Source of the DNA: Abditibacteriota bacterium
GTDB taxonomy: Bacteria; Armatimonadota; UBA5829
Direction: 5' to 3'
Length of the DNA: 64,000 nucleotides
Assembly (NCBI GenBank): GCA_017552965.1
Contig: JAFZNQ010000009.1
Coordinates: forward strand, 220,564 to 284,563
The notes beneath the pieces are model-generated. The model was not told the origin of the DNA, searched no databases, and worked only from the letters and a program-made list of their open reading frames with translations. Below, piece by piece: positions 45,543 to 54,637 of the stretch. Every line of letters begins with the position of its first letter. Position 1 is the first letter of the stretch. The translations under genes and the position numbers were made by a program.

Positions 45543-48512
45543 ATGAAAAACAAAGCGCTCGTATACCTTATTATCGGCGGCGTCATCCTGGCCGCCATCA
45601 TAGTCTTCGGCTCCCTCTGGATGAGGTCTGCCGCCGGCAAGGACACCAGGTCCGTCATCAGGAGCCTGAACTCCATGTATCTGGAGGAGCTGGCAGTCCG
45701 CCGCGAGCAGGTAGTGGAGAAAAACCTCAACGAGAACGTAAAGCTCATAGACATAGCCGTAGGCCTTATGACCGCCGAGGACCTCAGGGACACCGGGCAC
45801 CTCATGGCTTATCAGTCCCGTATGAAAAAGCTCTTCAAGCTGGAGCGCTTTGCCTTCGTCAACACCTCGGGCCACATCTATACCTCCACCGGCGTCAAGT
45901 ACGACATAGACGAGTATCCCTTTGACTACAAGACCATCAAAGGACCTCAGGTGGCCGTGAAAAACGTGGCGACCACTCACAAGACGGTGGTCATAGCCAA
46001 GCCGGTGGACAAGGAGATAGCCGTCAGCGGCGACCGGCTCACAGTCTGCTTTATGGAGCAGGACATGAGCGTGCTGCTGGAGGGCGCCTCCATGGACACC
46101 CATGACACCGAGTCCACCTTCTGCAACATCTACACCCGGGAAGGCATCCCCCTCAGCGAGCTGGTGCTGGGCGGCAAGGCCTCCGAGACCAATCTGCTGA
46201 ACGCTCTGGCCAACGCAGACTTTGAACAGGGCTATTCCTACGAGCAGACCGTCCAGGATTTTCAGGGCGGCAAAAAGGGCATGATAGCCTTTTCCTACAA
46301 GGGCACCCGTGAGATGCTGGCCTTTGTGCCCGTCAAGGGCACCGACTGGCAGCTCACCTATCTGGTGCGCGAGAGCGTGGTCAGCTCCCGTATCGGCTCC
46401 GTGTTCAACACGGTGATAGCCAGGAGCCTGGTCCAGTCCGTGGCCTCCGCGGTATTGCTGCTCATACTCTTTGGCATCATCATCACCCAGATGGGCAGAA
46501 ACGTGCGCCTGACCATGGAAAAGGCGTCTGCCGACCTGATCATGGCCCTCTCGCGGAACTACAAGTCCGTGTTCTACGTGGATCTGGACAATGACACCGC
46601 CGCCTGCTACAGGGAGGACTCGGTCCTCACCGACACTCCCCGTCTGAACCAGGTGGTCTCCTACAGACACGCCGTCACCACCTACTCCGCCAGACACGTG
46701 GCGCCGGAGGACAGGGACAAATTCAACGAGTTCGTGGAGCCGGACGCGGTGCGGACCAACGTGGCCAACAACAATCTGTCTCTCCGCTATCTGGAAATGA
46801 CTCCCTCCGGCGAAAGATACACCATGCTGAAGATAGCAGGCGTATCCCACGGCCCCGGCAGCTCCGGCATAGTGTGCATGGGCTTTTCGGACGTGGACGA
46901 AGAGACCCGCCAGTCTCTCCTGCAGCAGCAGGCGCTGCAGACCGCCCTTGACACGGCGGAGGAGGCCAGCAAGGCCAAGACCACCTTCCTCTCCAGCATG
47001 AGCCATGAGATCCGCACCCCCATGAATGCCATCATCGGCCTGGACAGCCTGGCTCTCAGAAACAAGGACCTGCCGGAGGAGACCAGAGATTACCTGACCA
47101 AGATAGGCAGCAGCGCCAAGCATCTGCTGGGCCTCATCAACGACATACTGGACATGAGCCGCATAGAGTCCGGCAGGCTCACCCTGCGCAGCGAGGAGTT
47201 TTCCTTCAGGGACACCCTGGAGCAGATCAACACCATGGTCATGTCTCAGTGCTCGGACAAGGGACTGGAATACACCTGTCAGATGCTGGGAGGCGTCAGC
47301 GACTACTACATCGGCGACAACATGAAGCTGAAGCAGGTGCTGATCAACATACTCTCCAACGCCGTCAAGTTCACCGATGCCCCCGGCAGCATCCGCTTTA
47401 CCGTGGAGCGCCGTGAGACCAACCAGAACCACAGCGTCCTGGTCTTCACCATCAAGGACACGGGCGCCGGCATGGACCAGGATTTCGTGGACCATGAGCT
47501 CTTCAAGCCCTTTACCCAGGCTGAGGCCGGCAAAAACAGCAAATACGGCTCCACCGGTCTGGGCATGGCCATCACCCAAACCATCGTGACTCTCATGAAC
47601 GGCGAGATCCATGTGGATTCCAAGAAGGGCGTGGGCACCACCTTCACCGTGACCATCACCCTGAAAAACGCCGACAGCAATCACGTGGTCTCGGGCTATC
47701 TGGACCTGGCCGATATGAGAGTGCTGATAGTGGACGACGAAGAGGTATCCGCCGAGCACGCCCGCATGGTACTGGAGGAAGTGAGCATCAAAGCAGACGT
47801 GAGCTACAACGGCCCTGACGCCCTGCGCATGGTAGAGGTGGCCCACACCAAGCAGCAGCCCTACAATCTGGTGCTGCTGGACTGGAAGATGCCCGAGATG
47901 GACGGCCTGCAGGTAGCGGAGCAGATCAGGTCCCGCTACGACAGCGAGACCACGGTCATCATCCTCACCTCCTACAACTGGGAGGAGATCTATGACCAGG
48001 CTCTCCACGTAGGCGTGGACAGCTTTTTGGCCAAGCCTCTCTTTGCCTCCAATATCATCAGCGAATTTGAGACCATAGCCCGCAAGAACAATATGCAGCT
48101 CCGCAGGGAGAGGCCCAAGGCCGAACTGAAGGGCAGGCACATCCTGCTGGCAGAGGACATCCTCATCAACGCCGAGATCATGACAGAGCTGCTGGAGATC
48201 AGAGAGGTCCAGGTGGACCACGCCGAGAACGGCGAGGAAGCCCTGGCCCTGTTTGAAAACCATCCCTCCGGCTATTACAGCGCCATTCTCATGGACATAC
48301 AGATGCCCAGGATGGACGGTCTGGAGGCTGCCAGAGCCATCAGAGCCTCCCTGCATGAGGATGCCAGGAGCATACCCATCATCGCCCTTACGGCCAACGC
48401 CTTTGACGAGGACGTGCAAAAGAGCCTGCAGGCAGGTATGAACGCCCACCTGAGCAAGCCGGTGGAGCCGGAGACTCTCTTTGAGACTCTGGAGACCCTG
48501 ATCGTCGATTAG
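45543..48512 (+). CDS. Hybrid sensor histidine kinase: periplasmic Cache-like sensor between two TM helices, cytoplasmic PAS-like region, HisKA, HATPase_c and two receiver domains
   Basis: TM1 at residues 7-27 and TM2 ~290-312 bracket a ~260 aa extracytoplasmic domain. H-box FLSSMSHEIRTPMNAI; N/G boxes (NILSNAVKFT, DTGAGM, GSTGLGMAI). REC1 (VLLDWKMPEMDG) and REC2 (ILMDIQMPRMDG); no HPt. Candidate promoter TAGACA-18-TGtTATAAT at 45432-45461. Confidence 0.88.
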   Translation: MKNKALVYLIIGGVILAAIIVFGSLWMRSAAGKDTRSVIRSLNSMYLEELAVRREQVVEKNLNENVKLIDIAVGLMTAEDLRDTGHLMAYQSRMKKLFKLERFAFVNTSGHIYTSTGVKYDIDEYPFDYKTIKGPQVAVKNVATTHKTVVIAKPVDKEIAVSGDRLTVCFMEQDMSVLLEGASMDTHDTESTFCNIYTREGIPLSELVLGGKASETNLLNALANADFEQGYSYEQTVQDFQGGKKGMIAFSYKGTREMLAFVPVKGTDWQLTYLVRESVVSSRIGSVFNTVIARSLVQSVASAVLLLILFGIIITQMGRNVRLTMEKASADLIMALSRNYKSVFYVDLDNDTAACYREDSVLTDTPRLNQVVSYRHAVTTYSARHVAPEDRDKFNEFVEPDAVRTNVANNNLSLRYLEMTPSGERYTMLKIAGVSHGPGSSGIVCMGFSDVDEETRQSLLQQQALQTALDTAEEASKAKTTFLSSMSHEIRTPMNAIIGLDSLALRNKDLPEETRDYLTKIGSSAKHLLGLINDILDMSRIESGRLTLRSEEFSFRDTLEQINTMVMSQCSDKGLEYTCQMLGGVSDYYIGDNMKLKQVLINILSNAVKFTDAPGSIRFTVERRETNQNHSVLVFTIKDTGAGMDQDFVDHELFKPFTQAEAGKNSKYGSTGLGMAITQTIVTLMNGEIHVDSKKGVGTTFTVTITLKNADSNHVVSGYLDLADMRVLIVDDEEVSAEHARMVLEEVSIKADVSYNGPDALRMVEVAHTKQQPYNLVLLDWKMPEMDGLQVAEQIRSRYDSETTVIILTSYNWEEIYDQALHVGVDSFLAKPLFASNIISEFETIARKNNMQLRRERPKAELKGRHILLAEDILINAEIMTELLEIREVQVDHAENGEEALALFENHPSGYYSAILMDIQMPRMDGLEAARAIRASLHEDARSIPIIALTANAFDEDVQKSLQAGMNAHLSKPVEPETLFETLETLIVD

Positions 48513-48544
48513 ACCGGGGAAAGGATATCAAGCTGCAGATATAC

Positions 48545-51376
48545 ATGAGCCAAGAACACACACCGCAAGAGTATCACAGATACCTGTCACCCGTTGACGT
48601 CTGGGCGCTGGCCTTCGGCTGTATGGTGGGCTGGGGAGCCTTTGTCATGCCCGGCAACACCTTTCTTCCCGCCGCAGGGCCCGCAGGGACCATTTTGTCC
48701 CTGCTGCTGGGCGCCGCCATCATGATGGTCATAGCTCTCAATATGACCTATCTCATGAGGCGTTATCCCTCCACGGGAGGCATATACGCCTACACCAAGA
48801 ACCTGCTTGGCAGGGACCACGCCTTTATCAGCTCCTGGTTCCTCACGGTGTCCTATATCACCATACTGTTTCTCAACGGCACCGCTCTGTTTCTCATATT
48901 GAGGACCATATTCGGCCCCTCGTTCCATGCCGGCGCCCACTACCACATAGCCGGCACGGACATTTACGTCAAGGAGGTGCTCACCTCGGTGCTGGCTCTG
49001 GCGGGAGTGGGCTCTATATTCATCTTTTCCAAGCCCTTCCTCCAGAAGCTGCACACGGTGCTGGCCATCTGCCTTTTTGCAGGCTTAGGGGCCCTCACGG
49101 TCATATGCCTCTCCCGGGGGGCAGTCACGCCGGACACTCTCTTTTCCTACGGGACCCTGGGCATCCACAAGGGCAATGCCATACTGGGCCTGATGGTCCT
49201 GGCTCCCTGGGCCTTCGTGGGCTTTGAGATCATCTCCTTTGACACGGCCCACTACAGCTTTAGCATCACCCGGAGCAACGCCGTGATCATCACAGCCATA
49301 GCGGCTGCGGCTCTGGCCTACATTGCCTGCGCCGTCATTTCCGTATCGGTGGTCCCGGACGGCTGCGCTTCCTGGCAGGAATACATCTCCGGCCTGGGCA
49401 GCAGGACGGGCGTGGAGTCGGTGCCCACCTTTTATGCGGCAAAGGCCGCGCTGGGCGACTGGGGGCTGGCTCTCGCCGGCTTTACGGCCCTGTGCGCCAT
49501 CCTCACGGGCCTCATAGCCTCCTACCGGGGCAGCATGCGTCTCCTGTCCACCATGGCCGAGGACCAGATACTGGGCCACATATTCAACGACTCGGACGCC
49601 TGCATACTGTTTGTCATGGCCCTGTCCATCATATTGTCCTTCCTGGGGCGCAACACTCTCATCAGGTACGTGGACCTCACCTCCTTCGGAGCCATAGTCG
49701 CCTACGGCTACACCTGTCTCACGGCGATGCTGTCCGCCAGGGCCGACGGCAGGTCCGCATTCGCGCTCCTGGGATGGGTCGGCGTGGCGGTATCCGTCAT
49801 ACTGGGACTGGTGCAGCTGGTACCGGGCATCCTGCCTGCGGCTCTGGACCCCATGTGCAAGGAGTCCTTTCTGCTCCTGTCCCTTTGGTGTCTTCTGGGC
49901 TTCGCCTTTTACTGGCGCACCATCAACCGCAACACTCTGTCCGAATACAGAAACCTGTCCTATTCCGGCATCATACTGTTTGCCATACTGATGTATTCTG
50001 CCATCATATGGATGTCCAAGACCCTGTATCTCAACGGGGATCCCCGGCATATGCACGCTCTGATCCGCATATGCACCGTCACGGTGGTGGGCATCATCAC
50101 GGCAGGCTCCCTGCTCATGTTTATCATACTGTCCTTCGTCAGAAAAAAGCAGATGGAGCTGGAGCACGAAAAGTTCAAGGCGGAGAACGCCCGCGAAAAA
50201 GCCCTGGAGGGCAGCAAGGCCAAGAGCCGCTTTTTGTTCAACATGTCCCATGACATACGCACTCCCATGAACGCCATACTGGGCTACACTGCCCTGGCCC
50301 GGAAGCAGGACTCTGCGGAGGTCATGAAGGGCTATCTGCAAAAGATAGACAAATCCGGCCGTCACCTGCTGGACCTCATCAACGACGTGCTGGAGATGAG
50401 CCGCATAGAAAACGACAAAAAGGAGCAGCAGCCGGAGCCCGTGGATATAGCGGAGCTCTTTGACGACCTGCGGGACCTCTTTGCCGAGCAGATGACCGAC
50501 AAGGGACTGGCCTTCACCGTGGACAACTCGCGCATCAGAAACCGTTTTATCCGCTGCGACAAGATATGCCTCAACAGAGTGCTCATCAATCTGCTGGACA
50601 ACTCCTACAAGTTCACCCCGGCCGGCACCGTGTCCGTCAGGGTCGAACAGACAGAGGACGCCCCCGCCGGCTCCGCTGCCTTTACCATCACTATCAGCGA
50701 CACGGGCATAGGCATGTCCGAGGAGTTCGCCGCCAATATGTTCAGCTCCTTTGAAAGGGAGCGCACCTCCACCGTCAGCGGCATCCAGGGCACGGGACTG
50801 GGACTCTCCATCACCAAGAGCCTGGTGGAGCTCATGGGAGGCACCATTACCCCGGTCACCACCGCCGGCAAAGGCACCACCTTTGTCATTGACGGACTCG
50901 TCTTTCCTGTCCTGCCTGCCGATGAAGCGTCCGCTCTGGCCGGTGAAGAGGCGGACACTGCCAATGCGGACTTTTCCGGCAAGAGGCTGCTGCTGGTGGA
51001 GGACAACATCATCAACATGGAGATAGCCGAGGAGATACTGGGCGAGATGGGCTTTGACATCACCACTGCCGACAACGGACAGGCGGCCATCGACACCCTC
51101 ACCTCTCCCGCCACGGGCCCCATAGATCTGATCCTGATGGACATACAGATGCCTGTGATGAACGGCTACGAAGCGGCGAGAGCCATCCGCTCCCTGGAGG
51201 ACCCCGGCCTCTCGCGCATCCCCATCATAGCCATGACAGCCAACGCTTTTCAGGAAGATATACGGAACGCTATGGAGGCGGGCATGCAGGGGCATATAGC
51301 CAAGCCCATCGACGTGAAGGATATGACCCGGACCATCGCCAAAGTCCTGAAAGAGGGACCGGTGGCCGGCGCATAG
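48545..51376 (+). CDS. APC-superfamily amino-acid/polyamine permease domain fused to a histidine kinase (HisKA + HATPase_c) and a receiver domain
   Basis: Residues 1-~520: 12-14 hydrophobic helices with APC motifs (DVWALAFGCMVGWGAFVMPGN, GGIYAYTK, AFVGFEII). Then H-box FLFNMSHDIRTPMNAILGY, N-box LINLLDNSYKFT, G-boxes DTGIGM / GTGLGLSI, and REC with LILMDIQMPVMNG. 943 aa as one uninterrupted ORF starting 32 nt after the previous kinase. Confidence 0.85.
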   Translation: MSQEHTPQEYHRYLSPVDVWALAFGCMVGWGAFVMPGNTFLPAAGPAGTILSLLLGAAIMMVIALNMTYLMRRYPSTGGIYAYTKNLLGRDHAFISSWFLTVSYITILFLNGTALFLILRTIFGPSFHAGAHYHIAGTDIYVKEVLTSVLALAGVGSIFIFSKPFLQKLHTVLAICLFAGLGALTVICLSRGAVTPDTLFSYGTLGIHKGNAILGLMVLAPWAFVGFEIISFDTAHYSFSITRSNAVIITAIAAAALAYIACAVISVSVVPDGCASWQEYISGLGSRTGVESVPTFYAAKAALGDWGLALAGFTALCAILTGLIASYRGSMRLLSTMAEDQILGHIFNDSDACILFVMALSIILSFLGRNTLIRYVDLTSFGAIVAYGYTCLTAMLSARADGRSAFALLGWVGVAVSVILGLVQLVPGILPAALDPMCKESFLLLSLWCLLGFAFYWRTINRNTLSEYRNLSYSGIILFAILMYSAIIWMSKTLYLNGDPRHMHALIRICTVTVVGIITAGSLLMFIILSFVRKKQMELEHEKFKAENAREKALEGSKAKSRFLFNMSHDIRTPMNAILGYTALARKQDSAEVMKGYLQKIDKSGRHLLDLINDVLEMSRIENDKKEQQPEPVDIAELFDDLRDLFAEQMTDKGLAFTVDNSRIRNRFIRCDKICLNRVLINLLDNSYKFTPAGTVSVRVEQTEDAPAGSAAFTITISDTGIGMSEEFAANMFSSFERERTSTVSGIQGTGLGLSITKSLVELMGGTITPVTTAGKGTTFVIDGLVFPVLPADEASALAGEEADTANADFSGKRLLLVEDNIINMEIAEEILGEMGFDITTADNGQAAIDTLTSPATGPIDLILMDIQMPVMNGYEAARAIRSLEDPGLSRIPIIAMTANAFQEDIRNAMEAGMQGHIAKPIDVKDMTRTIAKVLKEGPVAGA

Positions 51377-51448
51377 AATTTTGCCCCAACACAACGGGAA
51401 ACAGAGACGGAGCGTCGATGCTGCCGTATTTTACAAGGAAAAAATATC

Positions 51449-52369
51449 ATGAGACATGTATTACAAGCCCTGCTGGCAGTCGGCCTTCTGGCCCTGGCCG
51501 CAGGAGCGTTCTGCAACACCGTGAAGGTCGCTGTCCCCGCAGATCCGGAAGCATTCGCCCGGACGACGGTCGGCGCTCCCGAATACTGTGAGGAATACGT
51601 CACGGACACAGATATCTATACCTATCTGATCAGGGAATACGCCGACGTGACGATCGTCGAAAAAAAGGTGAAGATGAGAATGTTCACAGAGGACGTGAGA
51701 AAGGTCAACACCGTGTCCAGTGACAAGCAGTTCCTCACAGGCAGCGCCGACAAAACAAAGTGGGTGTCCCTCGAGACTCCCGGCGCCGGAGTATGCCGGG
51801 ACAGGATCTACAGCGTGACCAAAGACGGGGACACCGTCTCGGTCCTGGCCCTGCTGACCGCCTGGGGCAGCTCGCCTCTGCTGCGCGACGAAAACATAGC
51901 GCTGGACGAGATACAGAGCGGCAAAGCGGATGGAAGGACCGTGATACTGAGGACCATCCTGACCGCCCCCTTCTTTCAGTCCGACAACACAGGCAAGGTG
52001 ACGCAGGTGCCCGACTCCGCCGAGATGATCGCTCCCGACGTGGTCCGTCTGTCCTATGCCGACGGAGCCGTGGAGCACTGGATGCTGAAGCCGGACAGGG
52101 TGTTTGTCGCCAACAACAGACAGGGCGACCGGGACCCCGACAGGATGCTGCTGTGGACCAACGGCGTGGGCAAGGGCACTCAGCGCTCCCTCAACCATCC
52201 GGCCGAGTCCTGCCGCTTTGACCCCGACGTCTCCCGCGAGCCCTCATACGACAAGCCACAGGGCTCCCCCGCTCCGGACAAAAAGGCCCGGGCGGATGCG
52301 CCGGGCATATGGTCGGCCCTGGTGGCGCATATCAACGCCTTTTTTGCCCATATCTTCCGGGCAGCCTGA
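51449..52369 (+). CDS. Secreted protein of unknown function (306 aa)
   Basis: Signal peptide MRHVLQALLAVGLLALAAGAFC; no recognisable domain; followed by a strong terminator. Confidence 0.55.
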   Translation: MRHVLQALLAVGLLALAAGAFCNTVKVAVPADPEAFARTTVGAPEYCEEYVTDTDIYTYLIREYADVTIVEKKVKMRMFTEDVRKVNTVSSDKQFLTGSADKTKWVSLETPGAGVCRDRIYSVTKDGDTVSVLALLTAWGSSPLLRDENIALDEIQSGKADGRTVILRTILTAPFFQSDNTGKVTQVPDSAEMIAPDVVRLSYADGAVEHWMLKPDRVFVANNRQGDRDPDRMLLWTNGVGKGTQRSLNHPAESCRFDPDVSREPSYDKPQGSPAPDKKARADAPGIWSALVAHINAFFAHIFRAA

Positions 52370-52386
52370 GGCCCCATAAATACCGG

Positions 52387-52420
52387 CTCCCCGCGGCTGC
52401 GCCGCGGGGAGCGTGTTTTT
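52387..52420. terminator. Bidirectional rho-independent terminator between convergent genes
   Basis: ctccccgcgg-ctgc-gccgcggggag perfect 10 bp stem followed by gtgttttt. Confidence 0.8.
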
Positions 52421-52426
52421 ACCGAG

Positions 52427-53347
52427 TCAGGGCATACACAGCATGAGAGTGGAGATGACGCCGCACACGATGCCCACCCACTGAAGGGGCTGCAGCTTCT
52501 CTCTGAAGAGTATCATACAGAAGATGATGGCGAGTATGAGGCCGACCCCGTTGACCACGGGGAAGAATACCGCCGCCTCCATGACTCCCGACAGGAACAG
52601 GTTGATGATGTTGTTGAGGGCGATACACAGGGCGCTGACTGCAAAGAGGCCGAACACGAAGCCCTTGGTTTTCCTGGCCGCGGGCATCAGCCCCGCCTTG
52701 ACCTCGCCTGATTTGCTCACCAGGAAGAATATCTGGGAGAACACCCAGCTGAACACAAAGGCCACCACCAGAAAGGCCAGCAGCTCGTGCTTGTGAGGCG
52801 AATTCTGGTGTATCTTCTGCAGCACGCCTATGAGTCCCGTGGTCACGGCTCCCGTCAGGGCCAGCAGGAACCACACCAGATTGCCCTTCTTGCCGTCCTC
52901 ATCCTTCTTCACCGACAACGCAAAGCACACCAGCATAAAGGCCATGCCTATGATCTTGACGGTAGTAAGGGTCTCACCGAAGAAGAAATACCCAGACAGG
53001 GCGCTGATCATGGTGCCCGCAGAAGTCAACACCGTGGTATAGGAAAAAGGCCCTATGACCAGGGCCCTGGTCACCGACACGTTCTGTATCATGGTCACAA
53101 AGCCGAATACCACCGACATGAGGATGGTGTAGGCCGACCATTCCAGCCGGAAGCCGCTGAAGGCGAAGATGAACACTGCGCTGAGGCCCGCGGTGGCTGC
53201 GCTGTAGAGATACAGCTCGCTGGAGCGGGTGCTGATGACAGACTTGCTGTAATAGTTTTTGAGAAGCCCCACCACAAGGCAGACTATCAGACTGAATATG
53301 AGCAGCCCTGTCTGGGGAAAAGCGTTGAGATCCATATATTCACACAA
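52427..53347 (-). CDS. EamA/DMT-family transporter (10 TM helices)
   Basis: Two EamA-like halves with characteristic hydrophobic periodicity; 306 aa. The start is uncertain (ATG at 53347 or 53335). Confidence 0.7.
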   Translation of the reverse strand: MCEYMDLNAFPQTGLLIFSLIVCLVVGLLKNYYSKSVISTRSSELYLYSAATAGLSAVFIFAFSGFRLEWSAYTILMSVVFGFVTMIQNVSVTRALVIGPFSYTTVLTSAGTMISALSGYFFFGETLTTVKIIGMAFMLVCFALSVKKDEDGKKGNLVWFLLALTGAVTTGLIGVLQKIHQNSPHKHELLAFLVVAFVFSWVFSQIFFLVSKSGEVKAGLMPAARKTKGFVFGLFAVSALCIALNNIINLFLSGVMEAAVFFPVVNGVGLILAIIFCMILFREKLQPLQWVGIVCGVISTLMLCMP

Positions 53348-53352
53348 ATTAA

Positions 53353-53379
53353 AAGGACTGCAAGAGTATTACAGTCCTT
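53353..53379 (-). terminator. Rho-independent terminator after ackA
   Basis: aaggactg-caagagtatta-cagtcctt hairpin. On the minus strand it is followed by TTTTAATTTGTG. Confidence 0.6.
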
Positions 53380-53395
53380 GTCGTCGATACCTGAG

Positions 53396-54628
53396 CTATT
53401 TGGCTCCTGCCACCACTTCCACTGATTCCATGGCTATCATCAGCTCTTCGTTGGTGGGGATGCGCAGGATGCTGCCGTTTTTCTTCACGGACAGGTCCAC
53501 GTTGCCGTAGAAGACGTCCTTGGTGGGGTCCAGCTCGTAGGACAGCTGATGGTTCAGCTCCAGGTCCAGCTCTATGCCCAGGAACTCCAGGTCGGAGCAT
53601 ATCTGCTTGCGCTGGGGCTCGCTGTTCTCACCCACGCCGCCGGTAAACACTATGGCGTCCAGGCCGTTCATGGCGGCCGCATAGGAGCCTATGTATTTCT
53701 TGACTCTGTAGGCGAACATCCTGAAGGCCAGCATAGCCCTGGGGTCCGTCTCCTTGTTGTCTATGATGTCTCTCATGTCGGAGGAGCGCCCGGAGATGCC
53801 CAGGAGACCGCTTTCCTTGTTCATCAGAGTGTCCACTTCCTTGGGGCTCTTGCCCAGTGTCTCCTCTATGAAGGTGACCACAGAGGGGTCCAGGTCACCC
53901 GTGCGGGAGCCCATGACGCAGCCCGCCACGGGGGTGAAGCCCATGGTGGTGTCTATGACCTTGCCGCCCTTGACGGCAGCCATGGAGCAGCCGTTGCCCA
54001 GATGGCAGGTGACTATCTTGCTGTCCTCGGGTCTGACGCCCTTTTCCTTCAGCATTTCCATAGCCTGCTTTGCCACGAATTTGTGGCTGGTGCCGTGGAA
54101 GCCGTAGCGTCTGATGCCGTATTCCTTGTAGAGCTCGTAGGGCAGAGCGTACATATAGGCGTAGTCGGGCATGGTCTGATGGTAGGCAGTGTCAAACACA
54201 GCCACCTGAGGCACGCCCTTCATCACGGCCAGACAGGCCTCGATGCCCATGGCGTTGGCGGGATTGTGCAGAGGAGCCAGAGCGCTCAGCTCCTTGATAT
54301 CCTGCAGCACGCTGTCTGTGACCAGCACGGGCTCGGAATACTTTTCGCCGCCGTGGACCACTCTGTGGCCCGCTATGTCTATCTCGGATATGTCGCCGAT
54401 GACGCCCCTGTCGGGATCCGTGAGGAGCGAAAAGACCTTGTCCAGAGCCACCTTGTGGTCCGACAGATAGCCTTCGAATTTTTCTTTTTTGTCGGAGGTG
54501 TACGTGAGGGAGCTGCCGTCGATGCCTATGCGGTCGCAGAGCCCCTTGGCCATCACCTTGCCCGTGTCGGTGTCTATGAGCTGAAACTTCAGCGAAGACG
54601 AGCCGGAATTGAGTACCAGTACCTTCAT
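53396..54628 (-). CDS. ackA: Acetate kinase
   Basis: MKVLVLNSGSSSLKFQL N-terminal signature; 410 aa; directly downstream of pta. Confidence 0.95.
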   Translation of the reverse strand: MKVLVLNSGSSSLKFQLIDTDTGKVMAKGLCDRIGIDGSSLTYTSDKKEKFEGYLSDHKVALDKVFSLLTDPDRGVIGDISEIDIAGHRVVHGGEKYSEPVLVTDSVLQDIKELSALAPLHNPANAMGIEACLAVMKGVPQVAVFDTAYHQTMPDYAYMYALPYELYKEYGIRRYGFHGTSHKFVAKQAMEMLKEKGVRPEDSKIVTCHLGNGCSMAAVKGGKVIDTTMGFTPVAGCVMGSRTGDLDPSVVTFIEETLGKSPKEVDTLMNKESGLLGISGRSSDMRDIIDNKETDPRAMLAFRMFAYRVKKYIGSYAAAMNGLDAIVFTGGVGENSEPQRKQICSDLEFLGIELDLELNHQLSYELDPTKDVFYGNVDLSVKKNGSILRIPTNEELMIAMESVEVVAGAK

Positions 54629-54637
54629 CTTACCTTC

